Shown here: piece by piece, positions 12,624 through 24,292 of the stretch
Position numbering within the stretch: the stretch's first letter is position 1
Layout: the number at the start of each line of letters is the position of its first letter
Source of the DNA: Lama glama
Lineage: Eukaryota
DNA: 64,000 nucleotides
Assembly: GCA_028534125.1 (NCBI GenBank)
Contig: CM052817.1
Span: forward strand, 19,160,001-19,224,000
Reading direction: 5' to 3'
Notes under the pieces: model-generated
What the model was told of the DNA's origin: nothing
Seen by the model: only the letters and a program-made list of their open reading frames with translations
Databases searched by the model: none
Made by a program: the position numbers and the translations under genes

Positions 12624-13709
12624 AGGCCATCTTTTGACTCTGAGAATATTAGCAGGGTGCGTGTGTCCTTTGTTCAACTTTCAAGCATCTGCAATAACCA
12701 TCTTCTTTTGGTAGCTACCAACACTTATGTTAGTCAGCTTCATGGGAACGTTGAATAAGCCTACACACATTTCCAATCTCTTGGCATCTTCTTAATTCCC
12801 ACTGATATATTTATTATCAGAATGTTCTAATAAAATCCTTGGAATGCCTCCCCAGTGATACAAATATTCTGGAAAAGTATTAAATAGCATTAACAAAAGA
12901 AAAAAAAAGAACTGTATTGAAATCTAAAGGGAATCACATAATTCTGAGAAAAATTCTATTTTCACAAAAAATAAAACCATATGGCCAAGTGAGAATCACT
13001 TTCCATATTTACATCATCTTCTTATTAAATGTTCCGTATGCTATTGTCTGGGAGACTGGAACCACATTGTGTTTAAACAGATTCAATCTATTCATTTATT
13101 AAAAATGACAAAACAAGACAATTGTTTACTTCCAAAAAAGCATACCATTTCCTTTATGGTACTCCTTTTCTCTGTGGATTCCATCAGTTTTGGGCTAAGA
13201 AGTGAGTTTTCTCTGCCCTGGAGGACTCCGCTTTCTTTTGGTTGGCAATGATCCTTGTCTCAGAGTTTATTTCAGCACTAAGATTCAAGAGTCTTATGGA
13301 ACCTGTCTCTGTGTTTATGTTGTTCTTTTTAGCATTTTAAAGCTACATGAGTCTTTTTAAGCCAAAGAAGAATGGGCATTCTCTGTGAATCTCAGTCTTA
13401 AATTATACTATTGCAAAAAACACTGTGATTTCCTACAGAAGCACATTAAAACACTGGATGGGGTTCTCACTAGACTTGGAATTAAATAAGTAATTGAAAT
13501 GACCATAACGTATTATAAAACAAATAACTTAACAATCACAGACCTATGTAACTACTGAACAAATTTAAGGTATCTTTAAGATAAAAATGGGCATTGGTAT
13601 AATGTACACATTAATTCTACTAGAGATCCCAATGTATTTCAGTGTTCACACATGGTAAATAAAGTATAGAGTCATACTGTATCTTAAATCTGACCTAACT
13701 TTATGATAG

Positions 13710-14784
13710 CAGGGTAGGCATAATAATGCTTCCCCAATGAAACGTTCCTATCCCCTAAACTCTGTAGTCTGTGAGTGTGTTGTATATTCATATTCAGATA
13801 TCATTAAGGTTACTGACGTTGAGATGGAGAAATTATCCTGGTTTACCCAGGTGGACCCAAAGTAGTCACGTGGACCCTTAAAAATAGAAAAGAGTTGCAG
13901 AAGAAATGAGTCACAGATGCAGCAGAAAAGGAAGACAGAAGAAAGATTTTAAGTATGAGAAGAACTGGGCCTCCTTGGCTGACTTTGAAAGTGGAGGAGA
14001 GGGGCCACTGAAAATCTGATAAAAGACTTCCAGCAGACAGCCAACAGAGAAACAGGGACCTCATTCTTACAGCTACGTGGACCAGAATTTGCCAACAACT
14101 TGAATGTCCTTGGAAACTGATGCTCCCCAAGAGGCTCCAGAAAGGAAGCAAGCCCTGCAGACACCTTGATTTCAACTTCATAACAGAGCTGACTCCGTAT
14201 GGAATCTGTTTCTTGAGCTCTAACCTTTGTTCTCTGTTGCCTGTGCCTAGTCATGCTGGGTCTGTACCTTTTATAAAAGCATGTTGCCTAGAGCCTGAAA
14301 TATGCAGGAGAGCCCATTCTCAAGGCCCTAATCTTTAAAGGGATAACACTTTTCCATTCATATAGAGATAAAAAGTTGCAGAACAGAGAATAACATATGT
14401 CTTGTTGGAGGTTTATAGGAACATTGTGACCAGACCTACATGGACAGATGCAAGAACAATGGATTCCTGCACCAAGAGGCTTGCAACAACCAGCCAAACC
14501 CCCACCCCTTTTAGTATAAAAAGAGCCTGAATTCTGACTCTCGTAAGAATGTTCTTTGGGACACTGGACTACCATAGTCTGCTGGCTTTCTGAATAAAGT
14601 CGCTATTCCTTGCTCCAACACCTCCTATCTCAATTTATTGGCCTGCTGTGCAGCAAGTAGTTTGAACTTGGACTAAGTAACACTGAGGCAGACAAGCCAA
14701 GTCCACCTGTGAGCTAATAATTGATGTTGCTTAAGCCAGTGAGTTGGTGGTAATTTGTTAAGGTAGCAAAAGAGAACTAATACA
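13710..14784 (+). mobile_element. MaLR solo LTR (MLT1E-like), split by an ERV1 LTR
   Basis: GAGATGGAGAAATTATCCTGG...GACAGCCAACAGAGAAACAGGGACCTCA...GACACCTTGATTTCA; resumes at 14683 and ends GGTAATTTGTTAAGGTAGCAAAAGAGAACTAATACA. Confidence 0.85.
14181..14682 (+). mobile_element. ERV1-class solo LTR (cetartiodactyl type) inserted in the MLT1E-like LTR
   Basis: CTGACTCC...ATGTTGCCTAGAGCCTGAAATAT; TATAAA 14515-14520; AATAAA 14593-14598; ends GTAACA. Confidence 0.8.
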
Positions 14785-15362
14785 GTTCACAAGCTTTATT
14801 TGTGATAATTGTGATGGTCCAGATTCTTTCAAAGGATCTGATCAATGGTATTTTAAATTTTATTTTATTTTTATAATTAGATCTATCTTCTTCAATAGGC
14901 AGAAGGAGGCCGTGAAATAAGGTGTATCACTACCCAATTAAGGCAAAGTGCATTAAGATAGTTGAGTGGTCTTCCAAACTACATATTATAACTTTCTTTA
15001 GTTCATCTATATGGTTTCCTAAGGAGTCAAGATATTAGTACGATCTAGCCCTTTTGCCCCTGTTGTTCGTTTTAGAATGAATGACAGTGTAACAAATTTT
15101 GGCCAAGTCAATGCCCTGTGCCATTGACCATGTTTCTTGATTATGGGATGGAGATCTGCTTAAAGGTAGAAAAAATAAGGAAACTGATATACAGAGAAAC
15201 AACAAAGACAGAAATGGAGAAAGCATAAGGCATTTGAGTTTATGGTCCGGTATGCCACAGGTGCTTTTCCAAACCTGATATGGGATAATAAATTAATTCT
15301 TTCCTAAGGTAGACAGAAATGTGTTTCAGTCATTTACAAGTGAAAAGAATCAGGGTGGAATA

Positions 15363-15851
15363 CTGTGTTTGGTTTTGGTTGGGGCTGTTACAGATTATTG
15401 CAAACAGTGGCATAAAACAACTCAGATTTATTCTGCTACAGCTCATTTGGTCAGAAGTCTGACAAAGTTCTCACTTAGCTAAAATCAGGGTCCAGCAGGG
15501 CTATGTCCTTTTCTGGATGCTCTCAGGAAGAATATATTTTCATGTCTTTTCCAGCTACTGGAGGACATCCTCATTTCTTAGCTTATGGCCTCTTTCCTCT
15601 GTCTTCAAAAGCCAGCAACATCCCCACTCTCTGAATTTCTTCCATGGTCACAACTCCTTCTGACTATTCTTCTGCTTCCCTCTTTCACTTTAAAAGACCC
15701 CTGTAATTACAATGGGCCCACCAAAATAATCCAGAATAATCTCTATTTTAGGGTCAACCACGTAGTAATTTAATACCAATTGTGATGTTAATTCCCCTTT
15801 TGCCATGTAACCTAACATATCACATGTTCTGGGGATTAGGACATGGACGTC
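15363..15851 (-). mobile_element. MaLR solo LTR (MLT1D-like)
   Basis: CAGAAGTCTGAC...GCTAAAATCAGGG...GACCCCTGTAATTACAATGGGCCCACC...TTTGCCATGTAACCTAACATAT...GGGATTAGGACATGGAC. Confidence 0.85.
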
Positions 15852-15889
15852 ATATAGACATTGCTATGTCTACCAATGCACTAAGGGTT

Positions 15890-16132
15890 CATAGAGTAAT
15901 GGTCATGAGAATTGACATTGATGCACAGAAAAATGGAACTCATATCCTGTATCTTCCTTGTTGTATGGCCTTGGGCCTGTATTAAGGTGTTCTGAGCCTC
16001 AATTTTCCCAACTGTAACCAACTATAAAATAGAGGCGACAATGGTTACTTCACAGGAGAGCTTTCAAAATTAAATTTGTGAAGTAGTCAGAACAATGCTA
16101 ATACAATAGTAATATGATAAATGTTAATTATC
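15890..16132 (+). mobile_element. MIR SINE
   Basis: TGTATGGCCTTGGGC...TCTGAGCCTCAATTTTCCCAACTGTAA...ACTTCACAGG...ATAAATGTTAATTAT. Confidence 0.75.
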
Positions 16133-16352
16133 ATGTGTTGATTAAGAAAGGAAAATTTCACCAGAATCCAGAGGAAGGGAAGACAGTGGCATAATGAGGG
16201 ATAGAAACAATGATTCTCCTGAGTCCTTGGTTTATGTAGCATTAAAGACAAGGATACCTGTTAGGTGTGAGCTCTCCTAGGCCTAGTGACTTCTGTGGTA
16301 AGTTAGGTTGTCCCAGATGGATATTGAAAAAAAAAAAGAACACTATTAGTAG

Positions 16353-16891
16353 TGATAGAGGAAAATGGGACACAGAGGATGATCGCGTTCCAGGTCTCAG
16401 CCTAGTCTCTGGGACGCACTCTGCAAAGTGAAGGTCCTTAGCTTCGCACAGGAAAGAATTCAAGAGTGAACCATAGTTGAGTGGAAGTAGATTTATTCAG
16501 AGACCCATACTTCATAAACAGAGTGCAGGCCATCTCAGAAGGCTGAGCGCCCCCAGGGTATAGAGCGTGGGAGGTGTTTAAAATAGAGGCACACTCCAAA
16601 GACATAGTGTGATCCTTCTGCAAAAGCAAGAAAGAGACCACAAGGTGCAGGGTTGTGGTTAGTTTTTATGGGTTCTGTAACATCATATGCTAACAAGTGG
16701 GAGGATTATTTCAACTACTTTGGGAAATTTTGTCAGCCTCAGAACTGTCACGGGGCCTGTGGGAGTGCCATTTCCCATGCTAATGTATTAAAGTGAGTGT
16801 ATAATGAAGCTCACGGTCTACTGGGAGTCGAGTCTTCAATTGCTGTGTCATTCCTTTAATGGCTGTGCCTGTCCCCTTCCCTCCTGTCTCA
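16353..16891 (-). mobile_element. ERV1 solo LTR, MER41-like (cetartiodactyl MER41_BT type)
   Basis: Minus strand begins TGAGACAGGAGGGAAGGGG and contains ATACATTAGCAT, AATAATCCTCCCACT, CCCATAAAAACTAACCAC and AATAAAT; TGA...TCA termini; flanks GTAG/GAAG (probable 4-bp TSD, 1 mismatch). Confidence 0.75.
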
Positions 16892-16899
16892 GAAGAAGT

Positions 16900-17920
16900 A
16901 AAAGTTGATTTAAAAGATACTTAGTAGTATCTAGTAAAGTTGAAAAAAGCACATACCTTATCTGTTTGTTTGCTGAGGCTGCCATAACGAAGCATCACAT
17001 CCTAGTGGCTTAAATAGAAAGCTGTTGGCTCACAGTTCTCTGTTCCATGCCTCTTCCCCAACTTCTGGTGGTTTGCTGGCAATTTTTGTTGTTCCTAGAC
17101 TTATAAAAGCATCACCCTTATCTCTGCCTTTATCTCTCCATGATGTTATCCCTGTGTGCCTGTGTCTGTATCTAAATTTCCTGCTTTTATAAGGACATCA
17201 GTCATTTGGATTAGGGTCCGCCCTACTAATATCATCTTAATTTTATTTCTCTCTGAAGACCCTATTTTCAAATAAGGTCACATTCTAAGGTACACTTAGG
17301 TTTGGGAATTAAACATAAAATTTTGGAGGGACATGATTAAACCCATTAACACCTTATGCAAGAAATTCTCTTTTCGGACTATATTGGGAAAAGTATTGCA
17401 TATTTATAACAGAACATATGCACAATAATATTCATTGCTACATTGCTTTTCATAGTAAACTACTGAGGAAAAATATCCATCAATATGGTAATAGATACTT
17501 ATTTTTAAATCTATTTGCACTATATACATGGCATTCAAAATTATCAAGTTTTTATGTTCCAAGGCGGTTAGATTGCAGAAACAATGTTAAGTGGAAAAAG
17601 CAAGTTGCATTAAGAAAGCTTAGAAGTAATTTTTAAAAGCGTATGAAGAAATGACATGCATTGTTTATGCAAGCATAAGGATTATTTTTTAATTGATGAA
17701 AAAATAAACAAAAAAATTTAGGAAAAAAAAGCTGAGTCTAGATGGAGGGCAAGTGAACTGGTGAGAGAAACAAAGACCTCTCTTTTACCTGTAATACCTT
17801 ATTTCTTTGTTTAAAAAAAGTCTAAACTAGTAAACATATGTATTGATAATGCTAATATAATCATATGGTATCTAAATTGTTACATTATTTACTTACTTTT
17901 CTGAATGTTTTAACCTAAGA
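16900..17920 (+). mobile_element. Ancient L1ME-like 3' fragment, interrupted by an MLT1C-like LTR
   Basis: TAGTATCTAGTAAAGTTGAA...CATACCTTA | TGCAAGAAATTCTC...ATATTCATTGCTACATTG. Confidence 0.6.
16961..17351 (-). mobile_element. MaLR solo LTR (MLT1C-like) with perfect 5-bp TSD
   Basis: GGCTGCCATAAC...CTTCTGGTGGTTTGCTGGCAAT...TTATAAGGACATCAGTCAT...AAATAAGGTCACATTCT...ACCCATTAACA; TSD CCTTA at 16956-16960 and 17352-17356. Confidence 0.9.
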
Positions 17921-18369
17921 GAGTTTTATAGGAGAAGAAAAAAATTACAATGATAACTCCAAACTTGGAATTATTAGGTTAATGTTTCTCAGTGGACATG
18001 GGACCCATGGATAAACCATAGCAAATGAGTAGGCTCTTAAACCATCATTTCTGTCTTAAAGCAACCAGATGTTTATGAAATACTGGGTAGACACATTTAC
18101 ATTTTATTTTGCATAAATATACATATAGATTTGCTTAATTTGCATACTTCTTTGAAGGTGTTTAACATCAAGTATGTAAGGTAAAATAAAATGCTACAAC
18201 TTGGTAACAACTGAATTAAAAGTTCAATTTTCAAATCCAAAATTAAAATAGAATTTTAGAAGAAGCCCATCACAATCGTGTTTTGAAAGATGATGTGGAA
18301 ATATTTCTCTCCTGGAGTTCAGAACTAGGGGGAAGAAAAGGGATGAACAGATTATTTGGGGGAAGTTGG

Positions 18370-18530
18370 GAGGAAGCACAGTGTAGTGGCTGCACACAAG
18401 GTGTTAGAACTGGTGCTAACCCACCAGTTTTCCCATCTATAAAAAAAAGGCTAATAAAGATGTATACATCTTAACGCTATAGACAGTCCTATAGAAACAG
18501 TTTGTGTTAAGACCCTGGCACAACGTAACT
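18370..18530 (+). mobile_element. MIR fragment
   Basis: CAGTGTAGTGG...CAGTTTTCCCATCTATAAAA...CCTGGCACA. Confidence 0.6.
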
Positions 18531-18637
18531 CTTTTGAAAAAAATAAATCAAATGTTGAAGTATTCATCTATTATTCTGAGAAACCAGTGCATCATTTTCT
18601 GGACTGTGACATGGAACTGACTAATGAATACTTTGGA

Positions 18638-19035
18638 GATGGTCAAATAAAAAGAAACCTGGATGTAGATAAAGAGACATTTTACTCAAATTAGATGATT
18701 GCAATAGGGAGAACACTCCCAGGGTAAGGTGTACATGTATCGCAAAGGTTAGACAAAGAGGACTCTTGTCCAGGAAGGAGTAAGTTAGGAGATAAAGAAA
18801 TGTGGGGGACTGGGATGAACAGAGGGCATGATATGAATGTTGATCCAGTCATGATTTTTCCCCAAGGGCAGTCAATTCTCAGGAGACCCCAGTAGGCAGG
18901 GCTGTTCCCAATTCCAATATTTTCTTAACTTCAAGGGTGAACCAAGGTCTAAGGACCTGTAGGGAGGAAAGAAGACTGACTAAGATTTGGCCAAGTTAAG
19001 TTAGAGGATATTTTGTCTAGATTGGTTAGGTCAGA
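18638..19035 (-). mobile_element. Old ERV1-class LTR fragment (family uncertain)
   Basis: AAAGAGACATTTTACTC...ATTGCAATAGGGAGAACAC and GACTAAGATTTGGCCAAGTTAAG...ATTTTGTCTAGATTGG resemble antisense ERV1 LTRs. Confidence 0.45.
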
Positions 19036-19747
19036 TAAAAGCGAAGGACTGAAATTAAAAAAAAAAAAAAAAAACCCTAGCAGAAGCTGATTAATGCAAA
19101 TGTGAGTGTAATTAAGTACAATTTGGAAAGTGTTTTTCCTAAAAAAAATCAATTTATATGTGTCCTTCTTAAAAGCAAACAAAATGTAATTAACAGATAT
19201 TTTCTCATTAGCAAATAGCACTGGGTTTATATTCCATTAAAGGTGTTAAAATGAAAAGAAAAATGAAGGTAACTTTGTTCTTCAATGTTGGTTCCAGATT
19301 ATTGGCTCAACATTTATTACAGTGATTTTAGTCGAGACTTAATAGAGATGCACTGTGATTATTTCATGCCACCTCATCCCATTTAAAATCTGACTCTCTT
19401 TCTATGTTAGACCTTTGTGTCTGATTCCCAGGTCTACCATTGGCATGCTTTATCTTGTAAACTATATGATATCATCCTTTTGGAATTGCATTTTTATAGA
19501 TGGCAGAAAGGAGAAAGAAAGTTGGCTTTGGAAAATGTAAGCCTTTGTTTAAACATGGAGAAATTTAGTTCAGAAAGTAGTGAATGCTAGAATAGTTATA
19601 GAGGCATAATTAAGGTAGATGGAGCTAAATGAATTTGTTTGGAGATGGTATCCTCTCTTTCCCTCTCATGCATGAACTCATAATATTTAACTCAGAGACT
19701 GTATTTCATTTTGCTCCCAAGTTTTACTTTCACGAAAAATAATTTTA

Positions 19748-19837
19748 CCAATATATATATACATATATGTGTATGTATGACTGGGACATTATGCAGTACA
19801 CCAGAGATTGACATTGTAACTGACTATACTTCAGTAG
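19748..19837 (+). mobile_element. ~90 bp camelid-type L1 3' tip
   Basis: GTATGACTGGGACATTATGCAGTACACCAGAGATTGACATTGTAACTGACTATACTTCA; flanks AAAATAATTTTA (19736-19747) / AAAATAGTTTTA (19838-19849). Confidence 0.8.
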
Positions 19838-20164
19838 AAAATAGTTTTAAGTATTAATGGAAATAACTATTAATGTATTGGCCAGATTTATTGAATTCCG
19901 TAGAACATGTAAATAAACCCAATGCAAATATAATTTCTCAGTATAAACAAAATAGGGTATAATCATTCATTCTCCTATTACAAAGCAGTGCCGAAGAGGT
20001 TAAAAAAACTAAAAAGCTAGTATACAAAGAAGAATAAAAAGCACTAGTAGTATGTATGTAATCTGAGAGTTATTTTCAGTAACAATTTCAGAAAGGTATT
20101 TTATACAGTTTATTATATGTAAACTAGATTTATAGCCGTTTCTGCCTCCTATCTTGACCTTGAC

Positions 20165-20209
20165 TTCTGAAATTTTAGCTCTGTTTTAGGATTCTGAAAT
20201 TTTAGCTCT
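20165..20209. repeat. 18-bp direct repeat, period 27
   Basis: TTCTGAAATTTTAGCTCT at 20165-20182 and 20192-20209. Confidence 0.9.
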
Positions 20210-20974
20210 ATATTCATGTTTTCTCTATCTTCCTTACAAGTTTAGAATAGACCTATGCAATTATGTAATTTTTAACAAGCTAAGATACTGACCCTTAATG
20301 TATGATTGTAAAGAACTATTACATTTCATCTGAATTACGAACTTGGAATTACTAACATTTTATGCTGAAAGTAGTATGAAGCATAACTCTCCCTTTCTCT
20401 ATTTGATTGCCCTTCCTTTCACTAATAATCTGGACTTTTTATTTGTCAGTTGGTTGATTTGTTTGATATAAAAGATGAAGTGATAGCAATAATAGAATAA
20501 AAGCAAATGAGCCCTGAGAAAAAAACCACTCTGTTATCTAGATTTAGGTCACTTGATGCAAAACTTCCTTGTCCTCTTATCTAATTCTCCTTTAATACAA
20601 AACCTTTGTAGCTGTACTTTTTTTTCTCCTCTTGAATATGCAAAAATAGAACCGAAGTGGACTTAGAGGTTTCCTTCCAAGTGGAAAGAATATGTAAGTA
20701 TGATGGGCAGTGATGCCTTTGAGGTCCCTTAATGATGCTCTGTAAATAATCTGGCTGAATTAAAGAATCTTGAATTAGTGGTAAAATGCTTAATATTGGA
20801 GACAGCCACCTTTAGAGTCCCAGATAAATCTCTTAGGATCTCCCTACCTCAGGAGAGCTAAGGCAGGCTTCAGGGACTGGCAAAATGCCTTATAGATTTG
20901 TTTCTAAAAGATCTATATATGAGATGATTAGCTTAACACAGCAAGTGGAAAGTGGGTCATACTCACTTTTTTAT

Positions 20975-21200
20975 GTTCAATTGAACCAATATTTATTAAA
21001 CACCTTTTATATGTCAGATACTAATAGGTGCTTGGAATCCTAATATAGTTCAGTTTATTCAAATGCAAGAGATAACTATACCAAAAGAGACTTCCAATTT
21101 ACTTTAAATTACACAATGTAAATACACATAGGGACTACGAAAGCACAGGACCTGGCTCCAGTCTTGCCTGAAAAATCAAGATTTTCAGAAAGATGGTGAG
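20975..21200 (-). mobile_element. L2 3' end fragment
   Basis: TTCAATTGAACCAATATTTATTAAACACC...TATGTCAGATACT...GGTGCTTGGAAT. Confidence 0.6.
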
Positions 21201-21409
21201 ATAGAAGGAAAGAGGGTAGGGCAGGACAATATGGATGGGTAGCCTTTCAATTACTAGAGTTAACTCCTTTTGTCATTATCCTGGTTATTTCTGTGACTAC
21301 CAATATTCAGTGAACACTTGGCATTTGTAAATTTATGTGTAAGTCCTGCTATTGAGAAGTGACCCTAAAATTTTTATGAAATACCTAATTCTCCTAAAAT
21401 TAAAGTTGA

Positions 21410-21810
21410 ACTGCTTTCTGTTGGGAGTAACTGAAAACTAAAGTGAAACCTGTTTAAATAATAAAGGGAAGTGATTTCAGACTATCATGCATTCTTTAGA
21501 ATCTTTGTTTTTGTATTGCCTTATTTAGCTCTGTGCTCTGAGTCCATTTTGTAGTATCCTCTGGGGCTACCCTTTTTCATATGAACATTTCAGACTCAAA
21601 TGGCTTTTCCTAGGGCAGTGAACTGATTTCCACTGCGCCAGTCTGCCCATTTGTACAGCAAACCATCTAGAAGAAGAAGGAATTTGTCTTACTCCAACCA
21701 TCAAGTATAAATCCTGGACATGAAGATGAGTGTTCCAAGTTGGGTTGACATGTGAGCCCATCACTTTAGATGGAGAAATGCACACGGAGATTAGATTTAG
21801 TCTAGGTTAG
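21410..21810 (-). mobile_element. Old MaLR LTR (MLT1J/K/L-like) fragment
   Basis: TGCTTTCTGTTGGGAGTAACTGAAAACTAAAGTGAAACCTGTTTAAATAATAAAGGG; TTGGGTTGACATGTGAGCCCATC. Confidence 0.55.
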
Positions 21811-22118
21811 CGTCATCCCTGAAACAATCACAGGGACAAATGGATGGGTTTATGCCATTGGTTTAGAAGACACATCAGCATTTGGCTCTAGAGCAAGACA
21901 TGGAGTGAGATGCAGTCTGGGTAAATGAAGAGTAGTTGGGGAGAGTGGGTGCCTAAGAGTCCAGACTTTGTCCCAGCATGAAACCTTCTCTTTATTATCT
22001 TCTGCTGATCTTGTGATCTTGTGTTCACCACCTGTCAGAATATATTTTCTAAACTTTTCTATGTGGAAACTAATATGCTGCTTTGGTACATATGAACTAG
22101 TTTTGGAAGGTCTTCAGG

Positions 22119-22902
22119 TGTATTAGTTCTGAATATCCATAAACTTCAATACTCAGATGTGTTTTTCGACACTACTAGGCCATTCTCCAGTTCTCCATGG
22201 ACATTATGTCCTACAGTCTAATTTAATTGTGACATTATCTATCCAAAACATATCTTCAGATCCTACAGTTTAAGAGCACAGCCCAACAAGGTTGCCCCAC
22301 CCCTACTCCCACCATTTCAGCCATCAGTCACAAGTTCATATTGTCACATATGCTTCTGACCAACTGGATATAAATCAGTTTCTTATAAACCCCTCCTGGG
22401 TACCATTAATTTGCTAGAGCAGTTCACAGAACTCAGAGTAGCATTCACTTACAGCCACCAGTTTATTATAAAGAATATTATAAAGAATATAGATGAATAG
22501 CAAGATAAAGAGGCACATAGGGAGAGAGCTGCAGAATTTGGATGCACCCTCCTTCCATCATGTGGACACATGCACCAATACAGAAGTTCATCAAGTCTCT
22601 TTGTTCAACAGTTTTCATAAAGCTTCATTTGTAGCCCCACCTCTCTCCTTCCCAGAGGTCAGGATGGGACTGAAAGTTTCAACCATCTAGTCACTTAATT
22701 TTTCTGGTGACCAGCTCCATCCTGAAGCTATCTAGGGGCCCCACCCTAGGTTACCTCTTTAGCATGAATTCAGGTGTTCTCAGAAAGAAATTAATTATAA
22801 ATAACAAAAGATGTTCCCATCTCTTAGGGAATTCAAAGGATTTTAGTAGCTATGTGCCAGGAAAAGGTGAAAAATACCTTCTCTATTATTTTTTATGCCA
22901 CA
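22119..22902 (-). mobile_element. MER21-family LTR
   Basis: CTTCTGACCAACTGGATATAAATC...TAATTTGCTAGAGCAGTTCACAGAACTCAG...GGTGACCAGCTCCATCCTGAAGCTATCTAGGGGC...TGTGCCAGGAA...CCACA. Confidence 0.85.
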
Positions 22903-22966
22903 AATATTTAATTTTAGAAAATTGGCTTCTAAGATGAAAGTGGCATACATTCCAAGATTGACACCT

Positions 22967-23549
22967 TTATTAGGTTTTCAATTTGCTGCCACAATAAATT
23001 ACCAAAAACTTAGTGGCTTAAAATAGCACATTATTTTTTTTTAACTTGTATTTGTAGGTTAGAAATAGAGCATGTGTGTAAGAAAGCTAAAATAAAGATG
23101 TCAGCAGGGCTGTGGTCCTTTTTGGAGGCTCTAAGGAAGACTCTATTTTCTGCTCACTTGGTTTGTTAGCAGAATTTAGTTCCTTGTAGTTGTAGGACTG
23201 ATGTCCCCATTTCCTTGCTGACTGTGAACTAAGGGTTGTTCCCAATTTCTAGAGGCTGCCACATTCCTAGACTCATGCCTTCCTTTCTCTGTTTTCAAAG
23301 CCAGTAATAGAGGGTCAGATCTCACTCACTTTGAATCTTTCTGACCCTCCTCAGCCAGGAAAGATTCTCTACTTTTAGAGATTAATATGATATAATATGA
23401 CTAGATTGGGTTTACCCAGATAATCCTGGATAATCTCCTAATCTAAAGGTTCCTAAACTTTATCAAATCTGCAAAGTCCCTTTTGCCGTATTCACAGATT
23501 TGTGAGATTAGGACATAGACATCTTTGCGGGCCATTATTCTGCCTACCT
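22967..23549 (-). mobile_element. MaLR solo LTR (MLT1E-like)
   Basis: AAATTACCAAAAACTTAGTGGCTTAAAA...GTTGTAGGACTGATGTCCCCATTTCCTTGCTG...ATCTGCAAAGTCCCTTTTGCC...GGCCATTATTCTGCCTACC. Confidence 0.85.
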
Positions 23550-23603
23550 AATATACTAATCTCCACATTATTTCCAGATTGACCTTAAAAGTATTGAAGT
23601 TCC

Positions 23604-23650
23604 TGTATCAGTCAGAGTTCTCTAGAGAAAAAAGCCAATGGGATGCATGT
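23604..23650 (-). mobile_element. MLT2 LTR terminal fragment
   Basis: TGTATCAGTCAGAGTTCTCTAGAGAAAAAAGCCAATGGGAT. Confidence 0.6.
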
Positions 23651-23651
23651 G

Positions 23652-24170
23652 TCATGCTTGCTGGAGTGTCTTTTGTTTGCCTGGGGGCCTTTAGAGTCCA
23701 ACAGTGATTTAGTGTGGGGACTGAGGGTTATGTGGTATCTCCTTCAAGTCCTGAGGGGCTAGAGTCTGAGATCAATCTTGTGGTCAGTCAACCATGCTTA
23801 TGCAATGGAGCCTCAGTAAAAATCTGGACACCAAAGCCCAGGTGAACTTCCTTGATCGGTGATACTCTGTCTATAGTCACACATTCTTAATGGGAAAGGA
23901 ACGCCGTTCACGGCTCCACAGGGAGAGAGCTTGAAGTTTCATAGCTGGAACTTTCCTGGAGCAGCTATATGCATTTCCTCCCTTGGTGAGTATAAATTTG
24001 TATCCTTTAGCAGTAATACCCCATAACCATGGGTATCACAGCTCTCAGTGAATTCTGAGTCATTCTAGCAAATTAGTGAGTCTCAACGTGGTCTTGGGAA
24101 CCCCCTAACTTGCAGTTGGTGTCAGAAGTGAGGGCAGTCTTGGGGACTGGGCTCCCTCTAACTTCGTAGC
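23652..24170 (+). mobile_element. ERVL LTR, MER77/MER68/MER21C group
   Basis: GAGTGTCTTTTGTTTGCCTGGGG...CTGGACACCAAAGCCCAGGTGAACTTCC...TTCTAGCAAATTA...TTGCAGTTGGTGTCAGAAGTGAGGG. Confidence 0.8.
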
Positions 24171-24292
24171 TCTCCACTGATAACCTTTACATTTCTAAAT
24201 CCAATATTTTACCATCTGGTTTCCATATCTAGTCCCAAACATGAGCCTTCTATTTTAGGCAGAAGGCTTCAAAGTGATTCTGGCTTTTCTCT

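Noticed and set aside
11285..12677. L1 ORF2 pieces as a functional gene
   Set aside because: Frameshifted and 5'-truncated; lacks the endonuclease and RT core
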